A DNA stretch of 64,000 nucleotides from a bacterium (GCA_021815205.1 JAKAHD010000002.1:45538-109537); one strand, 5' to 3'. Numbered from the stretch's first letter, positions 9,330 through 19,462 are shown. Made by a program: numbers and translations. Notes: generated from the letters alone by a model not told the origin.

Positions 9330-9664
9330 GCCTATAGTATGGTACGCATGAGGAGCGATATTTTCAAGGCAAGGATGCATAAGGCCACATACATATTGCA
9401 CTCGGTGAGGCCATCGCCTCACCCATGAGAATCCATTGTACATATACCGGTGTCAAAGGGATGTTGACGGTATACCGTGATGCGTTACGCTCGAAGAGGG
9501 TGAAAGAAATTTTTCTCTGCCATATCCTTAAGAAGGATGGTAAAAGTTTTATGTGTTCAAAATATGGACACAGAGAATTATCAAGAGAAGAGCTTAGATG
9601 GCTTAATGAAATTCGTCGTAAATAATCAATGGTCTAGCAAAATAAATAGCCCTCTGTAAAGATA

Positions 9665-10051
9665 TTACAAAGGGCTTTTCATTATCTCTAATATCCTCTC
9701 CCTAATTTCTTTATAGGGAGTGGATAATCTAACCGCAACAACAGGAACCTCAGGATGTTTGATTCGGTGATCCTCCACAAAATTAGGACCAGTCACCGAA
9801 AGAGGAATAAACTTATACCTCTTATCAACGAAAATAACATAAAAATCTATTCCGTTAATCACATCAGAATAACTAAAATTCCCACTGCTTACGAAATTAA
9901 CAATCTCCTTGTTATCCCTCATCTTTAAAAGAGCCTTTTCTACTTTTTGCTCTCGTATTTTCCCAATTTTCAATTTCCACCTTGGCTGGTTTTCCTTTCT
10001 CTTCAAGACGATTTCCCTCATTTGAAGAAAATTATTTGTCCTTAAAGACAT
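9665..10051 (-). CDS. Hypothetical AT-rich protein, possibly a degenerate PD-(D/E)XK fold
   Basis: 128-aa ORF preceded by AAGGAGG; G..RE..VE / D...GIDF pattern. Confidence 0.6.
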   Translation of the reverse strand: MSLRTNNFLQMREIVLKRKENQPRWKLKIGKIREQKVEKALLKMRDNKEIVNFVSSGNFSYSDVINGIDFYVIFVDKRYKFIPLSVTGPNFVEDHRIKHPEVPVVAVRLSTPYKEIRERILEIMKSPL

Positions 10052-10102
10052 CACTACCTCCTTTAATCTATACGGGCTGATAATAAGTATAGCATGAATA
10101 AA

Positions 10103-10170
10103 TCCCGTAAGAAGCTCACACGGGGTAGTAAACCCAGCGTTCGCCACGGGGATTTCTGCTTTTCACGGGA
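10103..10170. mobile_element. Miniature element TCCCGT.AGAAGC..GCTT.TCACGGGA flanked by TAAA duplication
   Basis: Homologous to 47102-47229; TAAA at 10099-10102 and 10171-10174. Confidence 0.75.
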
Positions 10171-10222
10171 TAAAACGAAGAAACTTGAATTCTTTCCAAA
10201 TTGAAGTTACAGTAGGGATGTT

Positions 10223-10320
10223 ACCCCGCACATAATAAAGCGCATAAGAGAAGCCTAGGTTATATCGGGGTTACCTTGTACAATAGCCGAGTGTAGTATA
10301 AAGAGCCTTATGTGCGGGGT
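10223..10320. mobile_element. ~97-bp MITE-like element, CCC.C.CATAA terminal-repeat family
   Basis: Perfect 13-bp inverted repeat ACCCCGCACATAA/TTATGTGCGGGGT. Confidence 0.65.
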
Positions 10321-10364
10321 GCTCAATTTTATAGTTGCTCGCTCCGCTCGCAAATAAAATTGGC

Positions 10365-11375
10365 ATGTTCATCAGAAAAATAGGAATCGACCTGGGGACC
10401 ACGAACACCATCGTGTTTTTGCCCAATCGGGGGATCGTGATCAACGAGCCGACGGCGGTCGCGCTCCGCAGGCCGGGGAACAATGTGCTTGCGGTCGGTG
10501 CGGAAGCAAAGGAGATGGTGGGACGCACGCCGGACGATATCGTAACGTACCGGCCGCTGAAGGACGGAGTGATCGCGGAGTATTACATCACGCAGGCGAT
10601 GCTCAAGTATTTCATCTCGAAGAGCGTTGGTTCTTTGAACGTGTTTCGCCCCGAGGTGGTGATCTCGGTGCCTGCGGGGATTACCTCGACGGAATACCGC
10701 GCCGTGATGAACGCCGCGAAAGAAGCGGGCGCGAAGGAGGTGTATCTCGTAAAAGAACCGCTCTTAGCCGCGCTCGGCGCGGGCATTCCGATCCACTCCG
10801 CGGAAGGAAATATGATCGTGAATATCGGCGGCGGCACGACGGAGGTTGCCGTGATTTCTTTGGGAGGCATTGTGACGTGGGCGAGCGTGCGCGTCGCGGG
10901 GAACCGTTTTGATCAGTCCATCTCGGATTATGTAAAGAAAAAGTACGGCCTCGCGATAGGGGACGCGACCGCGGAGCACGTAAAAATCTCCATCGGTACC
11001 GCGCTTCCGAACCGGGCAAAGACCGAGATGAAGATTCGCGGAAGAGATCTCGCATCGGGGCTTCCCAAAGACCTCCTCGTAAACTCGAACGAGGTGGCGG
11101 AAGCGGTGAACCCTCATCTTGTGGATATCATGAGCGCCGTCCAGTCCGTTTTCAACGTGACGCCGCCCGAACTTGCGGCGGATATCATGGAGAAGGGGAT
11201 TATTCTCTCGGGCGGCAGTGCTCAACTCCGCGATTTCGAGGAGTTCTTCAAGCGTTCGCTCGGCGTTGCGGCGTATGTCGCGGAAGAGCCCATTCTCTGT
11301 GTCGCAAAAGGCACGGCGATTATCTTGAATCACCTCGACGTGTATAAGCGTACGCTCCTCAATAAAGCCCGCTAA
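10365..11375 (+). CDS. mreB: Rod shape-determining protein MreB/Mbl (paralog 1)
   Basis: [47 protein letters not shown]. Confidence 0.95.
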   Translation: MFIRKIGIDLGTTNTIVFLPNRGIVINEPTAVALRRPGNNVLAVGAEAKEMVGRTPDDIVTYRPLKDGVIAEYYITQAMLKYFISKSVGSLNVFRPEVVISVPAGITSTEYRAVMNAAKEAGAKEVYLVKEPLLAALGAGIPIHSAEGNMIVNIGGGTTEVAVISLGGIVTWASVRVAGNRFDQSISDYVKKKYGLAIGDATAEHVKISIGTALPNRAKTEMKIRGRDLASGLPKDLLVNSNEVAEAVNPHLVDIMSAVQSVFNVTPPELAADIMEKGIILSGGSAQLRDFEEFFKRSLGVAAYVAEEPILCVAKGTAIILNHLDVYKRTLLNKAR

Positions 11376-11393
11376 CGACGCACTTACTTCGCA

Positions 11394-12164
11394 ATGAAAT
11401 TTTTCGGAAACGAAACTATTATTACGGCATTCCTTGCGGGAATACGCGAAGGAACGCTTGCACACGCGTATCTTTTGTACGGCGAAAAGGGGATAGGGAA
11501 GACCACATGCGCGCAGTATATTGCTCGCCTGCTCGAATCGGATGGCGCGGAGCATTCTCTTGCGCCGCTTCTTGATGTCTACACGCTTCTTCCCGAAGAA
11601 GGAAAAACGATGATCGGTGTGGACGCCGCGCGCGCCGTGAAGGCGTTTCTCTCGGAGAAACCCTTGCGGTCCACGAAGCGCACGGTGATTATTCCCGACG
11701 CGGAACTTCTTACGGACGAAGCGCAGGGCGCGCTTCTCAAGATCGTGGAAGAACCCCCCGCATCCGCGCTGATCTTCTTTATAGCCCAGGATCCGCAGAC
11801 GCTCACCCCGCCGCTTCGCTCCCGCCTTCAGAAGGTATATATGAGAAAGATGCCAAAAGAGCGGATCGCGGAAATTTTAACGGAAGAGTACGGCGTCGAA
11901 AAAAAGACGGCAATACTCCGCGCGGCTCGTTCATTCGGGCGACTCGGAGAAGCGCTCCGCGCGGAAGAAAAAAAAGAAGAGACGAGTGACGACGTATATT
12001 CGTTCCTCGAGCGCACAATCGTGTCGCTCTGGGAGAAGGATAAGCGGAAGTACGCACCGCTCTTACGGACGCTCCTGCTTCGTGAATCGCTTATTACGCG
12101 CTATACTGTAAATGCGAACCTGCAGAAAAAGGCGATAGAAGAAATTGTACACGATGCATTGTAG
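11394..12164 (+). CDS. holB: DNA polymerase III delta' subunit-like AAA+ protein
   Basis: HAYLLYGEKGIGKT..IGVD..AQ.ALLK.VEEPP..LRSR. Confidence 0.8.
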   Translation: MKFFGNETIITAFLAGIREGTLAHAYLLYGEKGIGKTTCAQYIARLLESDGAEHSLAPLLDVYTLLPEEGKTMIGVDAARAVKAFLSEKPLRSTKRTVIIPDAELLTDEAQGALLKIVEEPPASALIFFIAQDPQTLTPPLRSRLQKVYMRKMPKERIAEILTEEYGVEKKTAILRAARSFGRLGEALRAEEKKEETSDDVYSFLERTIVSLWEKDKRKYAPLLRTLLLRESLITRYTVNANLQKKAIEEIVHDAL

Positions 12165-12170
12165 TATACC

Positions 12171-12250
12171 GTCATCCTGAATCTGCCACAGGCGGATGAA
12201 GGATCTGTTCAGCAAGAAAGAGATTCTTCTCCGCCAAGGGCGGATCAGAA
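12171..12250. repeat. GTCATCCTGA..GAAGGATCT family hairpin element
   Basis: GTCATCCTGAATC..GATGAAGGATCT ... AGATTCTTC..GATCAGAA; relatives at 24254, 33309, 42668, 53354. Confidence 0.7.
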
Positions 12251-12279
12251 ACACGAGGGGTTTTGATAATTGAAACACT

Positions 12280-12828
12280 ATGGAATATCTTAATTTTATA
12301 AAAGAAAAGGGAAACGCAGTCATCGAAGATCTGAAGAAAGCCATGGCGGGGATACGCACGGGACGACCCTCTCCCGCGTTGCTCGAAGAAATCAAAGTTT
12401 CCTATTACGATCAGATGGTGCCGATGAAACAGGTGGGATCGATAGGAGTACAGCCCCCGCGGGAACTCTTCGTACAGGTGTGGGATAAGACCGCGATCCC
12501 CGGAATTGTAAAAGCGATCGAGACATCTTCCTTGAATGTATCGGCGAACGTTGATGGAAACGTAATACGCGTCTTCCTTCCCGAGTTGAGCGCGGAGCGG
12601 AGAGAGGAACTTATGCGGCACGCAAAGAAGATCGGCGAGGATCATCGTATCGAGATCCGCCACATCCGCGATGAAGCAATGAAACAGGTGCAGGAGGCGT
12701 TCAATGCGGGCGATTTTGGAGAGGATCAGAAATTCAAGACGAAAGAAAGCATACAGAAAGAAGTGGATCGCCTCAACAGCTTCATTGAAGAGGTTTTGGA
12801 AAAAAAGATGCAAGAGATTTCGGAATAA
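12280..12828 (+). CDS. frr: Ribosome recycling factor
   Basis: IRTGRPSP.LLE.I.V.YY..P.LSAERREEL..IRHIRD. Confidence 0.96.
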   Translation: MEYLNFIKEKGNAVIEDLKKAMAGIRTGRPSPALLEEIKVSYYDQMVPMKQVGSIGVQPPRELFVQVWDKTAIPGIVKAIETSSLNVSANVDGNVIRVFLPELSAERREELMRHAKKIGEDHRIEIRHIRDEAMKQVQEAFNAGDFGEDQKFKTKESIQKEVDRLNSFIEEVLEKKMQEISE

Positions 12829-12829
12829 C

Positions 12830-13873
12830 ATGAGCACCGTTCTCATTATTATCGGCCTCGCGCTTCTTATCTTCGTGCACGAGGCGGGACACTTCGTGAG
12901 CGCGAAGCTTATGAAGATGAAGGTGGAGGAGTTTGGATTCGGATTTCCTCCGCGGCTTTGGGGGAAGAAAATAGGGGAGACACTGTATAGTGTGAACGCA
13001 CTCCCCTTCGGAGGGTTCGTGCGCCTCTTGGGCGAAGATGAGGAAACGAAGACAAAAGGAGGGTTTATGGATCAGCCGTTCCGGAGACGGATGCCGGTAC
13101 TCCTCGCCGGGGTTCTGATGAATTTCGTGATCGGGTGGTTCCTCTTCAGCGTCGTCTTTATGGCGGGCGCGCCCCGGCACCTTGCAATCGCGGATGTTTT
13201 ACCTGACTCTCCCGCGTATACCGCGGGAATAAAGAGCGGAGATATTGTGACGGAAGCGGTAATTGGGAGCGAGACGCTCAAAGATCCGATTGATGTGGCC
13301 GTATTCGTGAATGCGGTGAGGCGTTCTGCCGCGCCAAACGTAGCGCTCACGATTCTTCGCGGAAAGGACTCTCACGTACTCACGGTAACAAAACGAGTGA
13401 ACCCGCCTGCAGGCGAAGGCGCGCTCGGGGTGAGTCTCGCGGAGATCGGCATCGCGCCCCAGCCGTTCTTCGGGAGTTTTCTCTCGGGGATCGGCGAAGC
13501 ATGGAACACGGTCGTGCTCGTCGTGCAGGGACTTGTGCAGTTTATCGGCGGGTTGTTCATGAATCCCGGGGCGACCATACAGGAGGTTGCGGGTCCCGTA
13601 GGAATTGTATTCCTTGCGAGCCAGGCGGGCGCCTTGGGGTTCGTCTACTTCCTCAATCTTTTAGCGCTCATCTCGATCAATCTCGCGGTGCTGAACCTTA
13701 TCCCGTTCCCGGCACTTGACGGAGGGCGGGCGCTCTTTCTTATCATCGAGAAGATCAAGGGGAGCCCCGTCTCCAAAAAGTTGCAGATAATCGTGAACGG
13801 CGCAGGATTTGCGGTCCTCATTGCACTCATGGTACTGGTCACGATTCAGGACATTTCAAGAGTTACCCGCTAG
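12830..13873 (+). CDS. rseP: RseP-like site-2 metalloprotease (M50, PDZ)
   Basis: HEAGH, FGFGFPP, LPFGGFV, NLIPFPALDGG. Confidence 0.93.
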   Translation: MSTVLIIIGLALLIFVHEAGHFVSAKLMKMKVEEFGFGFPPRLWGKKIGETLYSVNALPFGGFVRLLGEDEETKTKGGFMDQPFRRRMPVLLAGVLMNFVIGWFLFSVVFMAGAPRHLAIADVLPDSPAYTAGIKSGDIVTEAVIGSETLKDPIDVAVFVNAVRRSAAPNVALTILRGKDSHVLTVTKRVNPPAGEGALGVSLAEIGIAPQPFFGSFLSGIGEAWNTVVLVVQGLVQFIGGLFMNPGATIQEVAGPVGIVFLASQAGALGFVYFLNLLALISINLAVLNLIPFPALDGGRALFLIIEKIKGSPVSKKLQIIVNGAGFAVLIALMVLVTIQDISRVTR

Positions 13874-13956
13874 AAGCAGATCACGCAGATAAGACGCGGA
13901 TATACGCAGAAATGTATCCGCGTGTTTCTGCGCCGCTTCAGCGTTATCTGCTTCTA
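13871..13956. repeat. Intergenic foldback element, CGCAGAT variant
   Basis: Perfect 11-bp terminal repeat TAGAAGCAGAT/ATCTGCTTCTA beginning at the rseP stop codon; internal GCAGAT/GCGGAT sub-repeats. Confidence 0.8.
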
Positions 13957-13981
13957 CGATTCGTATGTTACAATTACCGAT

Positions 13982-14986
13982 ATGACACCAAAAGGGAAGA
14001 AACAGAAGAATGAAAAAATCAGGGTGGCGGTTCTGATGGGCGGACCTTCGACGGAGCACGAGGTGTCCTTGAAAACCGGCGCGAATATCTTGGAGCACTT
14101 CGACCCCGAACAATTCGAAGCGAAAGGAGTTGTGATCAGTAAGGAGGGGAAGTGGCCCTTTGCGGTCGAGGAGCTTCCGCAGAAATTCGACGTGGCATTT
14201 ATCGCGATGCACGGAACCTACGGTGAGGACGGCACGGTGCAGGGGATTCTGGACGAGGTCTCGATCCCGTATACGGGTTCGGGGAAACTCTCGAGTGCGC
14301 TCGGGATGAATAAGTTTCTCTCACTCCGCCTCTTCAAAGATGCGGGGCTCACGATTCCCCCAACGCTCCACTTTATCCTCCGCGACTTCCCTGAGCGGGA
14401 AGAAGAGGTGATGCAAAACATTCTTTGGTATCTCGAGAAGCCCTGGGTCGTGAAGCCGAACTACGGCGGTTCGAGCGTGGGGACCGTGATCATAAATGAT
14501 AAAGAAGCGCTCCGCGACGTACTTCGCGCCGCGGCGAACGATTATAAAGATGCGCTGGTGCAGACGTGCATTCCCGGAAGGGAAGTCACGTGCGGTGTTG
14601 TGGATTACGGCACGGAGGATTCGGCGTTCGCGCTTCCGCCTACAGAGATCGTGCCGCGGGCGAGCCGCTTTTTTGATTACAAGGCGAAGTACGAGCCCGG
14701 CGGTTCGGATGAGATTACTCCCGCCCGATTTCCCGAGTCGTTCCTTAAGGAGTTCAGGAGGATTGCGCTTCTCACGCACCGGCTTACGGGATGCAGGGGA
14801 TTCTCGCGCACCGATATGATTGTGGGAAAAGATAAGAAGATATACCTCCTCGAGATCAATACGATCCCGGGGCTCACGAAAGAAAGTCTGCTCCCGAAGG
14901 CCGCGCACGTCTACGGCATCCCGTTCCAGAAACTCCTTGAGCTCCTTGTGGAATCGGCGTTCGCTTCGCATAAGAGAAAATCATAG
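13982..14986 (+). CDS. ddl: D-alanine--D-alanine ligase
   Basis: VLMGGPSTEHEVSL, HG.YGEDG.VQG, GSSVG, FDYKAKY, LEINTIPG. Confidence 0.96.
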   Translation: MTPKGKKQKNEKIRVAVLMGGPSTEHEVSLKTGANILEHFDPEQFEAKGVVISKEGKWPFAVEELPQKFDVAFIAMHGTYGEDGTVQGILDEVSIPYTGSGKLSSALGMNKFLSLRLFKDAGLTIPPTLHFILRDFPEREEEVMQNILWYLEKPWVVKPNYGGSSVGTVIINDKEALRDVLRAAANDYKDALVQTCIPGREVTCGVVDYGTEDSAFALPPTEIVPRASRFFDYKAKYEPGGSDEITPARFPESFLKEFRRIALLTHRLTGCRGFSRTDMIVGKDKKIYLLEINTIPGLTKESLLPKAAHVYGIPFQKLLELLVESAFASHKRKS

Positions 14987-14997
14987 AAAAAAAGATT

Positions 14998-15086
14998 TTC
15001 ACAGATGGGAGACAGATTTCCACCGAATCACAGATGCGTCGTCACCTATTACCTGTTTTGATTTGTAGTTATCCGTGAGATCTGTT
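14998..15086. repeat. Degenerate foldback element, CACAGAT variant
   Basis: CACAGATGGGAGACAGAT..TCACAGAT ... ATCCGTGAGATCTGT. Confidence 0.55.
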
Positions 15087-15173
15087 TGAGGCATAATGAA
15101 TACAATACAGAAATACTGAAGCCCCAAAATACCAAAACCGTGAGCAGTATCATCACGCGGAGACCCTATGACA

Positions 15174-15197
15174 GGTGCTATGCTATAGCATAGCACC
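15174..15197. repeat. 24-bp perfect palindrome
   Basis: GGTGCTATGCTATAGCATAGCACC. Confidence 0.9.
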
Positions 15198-15211
15198 CTA
15201 GAAAAGCATGT

Positions 15212-15308
15212 ATCCCTCGCATAACGTAAGAGAAAAAAGGAGAATATAATATGATGAAAACTTCGAAAAATGAAAGAGGTCGCTTTTATAGTGAGTTATG
15301 TGAGGGAT
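15212..15308. mobile_element. ~97-bp MITE-like element, CCC.C.CATAA family
   Basis: ATCCCTCGCATAAC/GTTATGTGAGGGAT (one mismatch); right end overlaps the next ATG. Confidence 0.65.
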
Positions 15309-15948
15309 GAATCAAGAACAAAGAACTTGTCAGAATTGTAAACAAAGGTTCATGATTGAACCCGACGATTTTGTGTTCTACGAGAAGATAAAGGTGCCGC
15401 CTCCGACCTTTTGCCCCGAGTGTAGGAATGTGCGGAGGATGACGTGGCGCAATGAGCGGACGCTCTATAAGCGTGCCTGCGAAAAGACGGGAAAACAGAT
15501 CATCTCCTGCTTTGCTCCGGATTCCGGGATCCATGTATACGATCGCGATATATGGTGGTCAGACGAGTGGAATCCGCTCTCATTTGGTCGAGAATACGAT
15601 TTTTTGAGGCCGTTTTTCTCCCAGTTTCGCGAGCTGCTCGGCGCAGTCCCTATGCCGGCGGTATTCAACAGCCGATGTGTGCGGACTGAGTATGCGAATC
15701 ACGGCGGCGAGCTTAAAGATTCATACCTCGTGTTTGCCTCATGGGGAGGGGAGAATCTGCTCTACAGTAGCAAGATACAAAACGGAAAAGATTCACCCGA
15801 TCTCCTTGTTGTAAGTAATTCCGAACTCTGCTACGAGGTAATGAATTCTTCAAAACACTTCCACGGCGACACGCCCTGTCCGAACGAATTTGAGACAAGC
15901 TATGCCCCCAACCGCCCTGAGATCATCTATTGTGAAAGCTGCTACTAG
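15307..15948 (+). pseudogene. Internally deleted member of a CPR Cys-rich zinc-ribbon protein family
   Basis: N-terminal CxxC..PPPTFCPEC..WRNER..WWSD.W joined abruptly to the C-terminal CPNEFETSYAP.RPEI.YCE.CY; TAG followed by in-frame AEVV. Confidence 0.6.
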
Positions 15949-15962
15949 GCGGAGGTAGTGTG

Positions 15963-15996
15963 CCATAGGTGCTATGACATGTCATAGCACCTATGG
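15963..15996. repeat. 34-bp perfect palindrome (24-bp core family)
   Basis: CCATAGGTGCTATGACATGTCATAGCACCTATGG. Confidence 0.9.
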
Positions 15997-16021
15997 TGCG
16001 TGCCATATGCGATATTGATCG

Positions 16022-16249
16022 GTGGAGCCCCACGGCTTTACCCCCACACCATGGGCGTAAGCTCATGGTGTGAGGGTTTACAGCCGTGGCACCGCTCCAC
16101 ACGCTTCGTCGGGCGGAACCCTCCGAAGCGTATCCTCCTTCGCTCAAGCTACGGAGGATGCCCTCGTGCACCCCCGCATCTATGTATAGGTGTGGGGGTG
16201 CATCCCTGCATTTACGGGTGGGGCTTTCTCCGCTTCGCGGAGGAGGGTA
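16022..16249 (+). mobile_element. Non-autonomous IS200/IS605-like remnant carrying two CCCCCACAC-type mini-insertions
   Basis: Collinear homolog at 57367-57556; multi-hairpin structure; family assignment is inference. Confidence 0.65.
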
Positions 16250-16297
16250 GATTCAAGTATGATAAGGGGAGGAGTATAATAAACAAAACATGAGAAT

Positions 16298-16720
16298 ATG
16301 AAAAAGAAGAAAATGCATATCTCGCTCATTTCGCATTACCCATCGCGTAAAGAATGGGAGAGCGCTTCGTGGGAGATAATTGTGCGATCTCCAGACATCC
16401 TTAACGCGCTGACTACTCCTCGCGAACGCCACGATTTAGTGATGCGCACCGCGGTAATAGAAAGAATTCATTCCGGGAAAAGCTATCGCGAGATTGGAAA
16501 AGAATTGTGGTGTTCTCCGCAGACCATAAGCAGCATCAAAAAGGCGCTTTATGAGAAAAAGTATCGAAGTTACCGAGAGCGGGGCAAAACAGAGCGGAAG
16601 AAAAGAGTGTATTCCTCGTTCTCCCGCAGAGCCGAACGAGAACCTAAGAAAAGAAAAGCGTACCGCGATTACGGTATGCCTCAATTATCGGGTATTTCAA
16701 GAAGACACCCGCTTAATTAA
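16298..16720 (+). CDS. TrpR/YerC-like helix-turn-helix protein
   Basis: LTTPRER..L.MR.AV...I..GKSYREI..EL..S.QTIS pattern; basic tail. Confidence 0.7.
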   Translation: MKKKKMHISLISHYPSRKEWESASWEIIVRSPDILNALTTPRERHDLVMRTAVIERIHSGKSYREIGKELWCSPQTISSIKKALYEKKYRSYRERGKTERKKRVYSSFSRRAEREPKKRKAYRDYGMPQLSGISRRHPLN

Positions 16721-16738
16721 GTACAGAAGGAAGAACAG

Positions 16739-16768
16739 GAGGGTGCTATGACATGTCATAGCACCCTC
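16739..16768. repeat. 30-bp perfect palindrome (24-bp core family)
   Basis: GAGGGTGCTATGACATGTCATAGCACCCTC. Confidence 0.9.
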
Positions 16769-16883
16769 TATGCGTCAGAGGATGTATTTCGTTAGATTTT
16801 ACTGAGTCTCTTTCTGCTCCGAGTGCCGTATCGCTGTTTTTCGTTTTATTACCTTCTTCTCCGGGTTGTGGTATGGTTACCTT

Positions 16884-18050
16884 ATGAAGAAAATTGCGGT
16901 TATGTATTTTCTTGCCGCGCTTATCATTGAATTTGCTGCGGTTTCATACTTTGGGGGAAGCATGGCGTTCTTTCATGTTCCGCAATCGAGTGTGAGGATG
17001 GGGGAGACCTTATCGTCCTCGAGAAACCAACCGGCGATCTCCATTGCGTCAGGAACGGATCCCGCATCGGCGGCGCCGATAAGTACTTCTCCTCAAAAAC
17101 AGAGCACCGCTTCGTCCTCGGGGAAGAAAAAGACGAACCCGACGGTACGAGAGGCGCCGCCGCCCCAGTCCGCATCTTCAGTACCGCAAGTTGATTTACA
17201 AGGAAAAAGTTTTGTGGGACTCTTGTGCCACTTTGGTGCAAACACCGCCGCGATTGCGAACGCGTACGGCAACAGTTCCGGAGAGATCCTCATGAAAGGA
17301 AGCGGGGTCATCGTAAATTCCGAAGGGTATATCTTGACCGTGCGGCATCTTGTCGATCCAAAATGGACGAACTGGGCATATGCCTCTTCAACCTCGGACA
17401 GTATGAAGATCTTAAACAACAATATCACGTTCAAGTACTGCGAGGTTGCGATGCCGACCTCGGATGCGCTGCCCGATATCGCGGTGATTCAGCGCATCAA
17501 TCCGAATATCACCGTGAACCACCCGTTCTTGTATCTTGCGACGCTTGCGTTTGTGCCGCCGCAGGGGAGTTTGAGCGATTATGAGTACGGATATCTTGAT
17601 TTTGCGGTGTTGAAAGTTACGGAGCCGATGCATAATTGCGCGCAGTTCAACGCGTGCACCCTGCCGCGTTCCTATCCCTACAGCCCGTCGCTCTCCGCGG
17701 AGGTGCCGGAAAAGGGGACGAATATCCTGAATTTCGGATATCCCGCGGAGCTCATTAATTCAAGAGCAAGCACCTTCAATGATTTTTATTTGAAGGGTAC
17801 GCTCGGGTACTTGAAGGATTATTTCGGAGGCGATGCGTACTTCAAAAACAAACCCTTCACGTTCGAGTGGACGGCGAACGATGTCCTCGAGGGACGATCG
17901 GGGTCGCCCCTCATGTGGAAGGGGTACATTGTGGGAATTCAGACCTCGACGAACATTGAGAACTCCGCGGAGGACTTTGCGCTCGGCATCCCCGCGATCC
18001 AGCGGATCCTCAAGGAGAATAATTTAGGGGACATCCTTATAACGAATTAA
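16884..18050 (+). CDS. Membrane-anchored trypsin-like serine protease
   Basis: GSGVIV..GYILTVRH (His), DFAVL (Asp), GRSGSP (Ser); N-terminal TM and Ser/Pro linker. Confidence 0.85.
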   Translation: MKKIAVMYFLAALIIEFAAVSYFGGSMAFFHVPQSSVRMGETLSSSRNQPAISIASGTDPASAAPISTSPQKQSTASSSGKKKTNPTVREAPPPQSASSVPQVDLQGKSFVGLLCHFGANTAAIANAYGNSSGEILMKGSGVIVNSEGYILTVRHLVDPKWTNWAYASSTSDSMKILNNNITFKYCEVAMPTSDALPDIAVIQRINPNITVNHPFLYLATLAFVPPQGSLSDYEYGYLDFAVLKVTEPMHNCAQFNACTLPRSYPYSPSLSAEVPEKGTNILNFGYPAELINSRASTFNDFYLKGTLGYLKDYFGGDAYFKNKPFTFEWTANDVLEGRSGSPLMWKGYIVGIQTSTNIENSAEDFALGIPAIQRILKENNLGDILITN

Positions 18051-18053
18051 TGA

Positions 18054-18147
18054 CCGCTGATTCACCCCCCACACCCATGCATGGGTGTGGGGGTGAAGCT
18101 GATTTTCGCCGATACATTATCCGCGGTCATCAGATCACAATCAGCGG
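18054..18147. repeat. Foldback element, GCTGAT variant, with nested CCCCCACAC..GTGTGGGGG hairpin
   Basis: CCGCTGATT ... AATCAGCGG. Confidence 0.7.
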
Positions 18148-18203
18148 AGATCAGTTATGAAGAGCGTTGAAAGGCGGCAAAACCTCTGCTACAATTCCTC
18201 CGT

Positions 18204-19457
18204 ATGCGCGAGTCACAGTTATTCTTCAAGACCCAAAAGGACTTCCCCAAGGACGAGGTCGCGATAAACGCCCAGCTTCTCTTGCGGGCTAATTTTATCG
18301 AAAAACTCATGGCGGGCGTGTATTCGTACCTGCCACTGGGGTATCGCGTGCGCGAGAAGATTATTCGCATCATCGAGGAAGAAATGAACGCGTTGGGCGC
18401 GGCGGAGATCCTCATGCCCGCGCTCCATCCCCGCTCGGTGTGGGATGCGACGAAGCGGTGGGAGACGATGGGAAAGATCATGTACCAATTTAAAGATCAC
18501 TCGGGGCGCGAGGTGGGCTTGGGACCCACACATGAAGAAGTGATGGCAGTGATCGGAAAAACCGTGATTGATTCGTACGCCGATCTGCCGCGCGCCGTCT
18601 ACCAGATCCAGACGAAGTATCGTGACGAACCGCGCGCGAAGTCCGGCGTTTTGCGGGGAAGGGAGTTCACCATGAAAGATCTTTACAGTTTTCATACGGA
18701 CGAAGCGTCGCTCGCGGAGTTCTATGAAGAAGCGAAGAAAGCGTACACGAAAGTGTTTACCCGCGCGGGACTCAAGGCGTATGCGACGGAAGCTTCAGGG
18801 GGGGACTTTACGAAAGAGTATTCTCACGAGTTCATGGTGGAAACGAATGCGGGGGAAGACGAGATGATGCTCTGCCGGCTCTGCGGGTTCGCGCAGAATA
18901 CGGAGATCTCAAAGCTGAAGTCGGGGACACAATGCCCGAAATGCCAGAGCGGCGTCTTGGACAAGGTAACGAGCGTCGAAGTCGGAAATATCTTCAAACT
19001 CGGGACGAAGTTTTCGGAGCCCGTCGGATTCACCTACAAGAATCAGGAGGGGAGATCGATGCCCGTCGTGATGGGTTCGTACGGAATCGGTATCGAGCGG
19101 CTCTTGGGCACGATCGTCGAGGTGCATCATGACGACAAAGGGATTGTATGGCCAGAGGCCGTCGCCCCCTTTAAGGCGCATCTCCTCCGCATCGGGGAGG
19201 CGACCCCGGAGCTTCAACGACTCTCGGAAGAAACGTATCACGCGCTCCAAAAAAGCGGTGTCGAGGTGCTCTTTGACGATAGGGAGAGAGCGAGTTCCGG
19301 AGAGAAATTTTTCGACGCCGATCTCATAGGAATTCCGTGGCGCATCGTGGTGAGCGAGAAGACGCTCGTCCGGGAGAAGGTCGAACTCAAGCGCCGGAAT
19401 GAGCAAGAGGTAAAAGTAATTACACTGAACGCATGCATAAAATCACTTACTCTATAG
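18204..19457 (+). CDS. proS: Proline--tRNA ligase (short form lacking the editing insertion)
   Basis: LGPTHEE, YQIQTKYRDEPR..G.LRGREF.MKD.YSF, EVGNIFKLG, MGSYGIG. Confidence 0.96.
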   Translation: MRESQLFFKTQKDFPKDEVAINAQLLLRANFIEKLMAGVYSYLPLGYRVREKIIRIIEEEMNALGAAEILMPALHPRSVWDATKRWETMGKIMYQFKDHSGREVGLGPTHEEVMAVIGKTVIDSYADLPRAVYQIQTKYRDEPRAKSGVLRGREFTMKDLYSFHTDEASLAEFYEEAKKAYTKVFTRAGLKAYATEASGGDFTKEYSHEFMVETNAGEDEMMLCRLCGFAQNTEISKLKSGTQCPKCQSGVLDKVTSVEVGNIFKLGTKFSEPVGFTYKNQEGRSMPVVMGSYGIGIERLLGTIVEVHHDDKGIVWPEAVAPFKAHLLRIGEATPELQRLSEETYHALQKSGVEVLFDDRERASSGEKFFDADLIGIPWRIVVSEKTLVREKVELKRRNEQEVKVITLNACIKSLTL

Positions 19458-19462
19458 GAGGT

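Noticed and set aside
15946-15948. Amber recoding or readthrough
   Set aside because: TAG terminates intact genes here (rseP, ddl, mrdA, groEL); a point mutation in a decaying gene is simpler.
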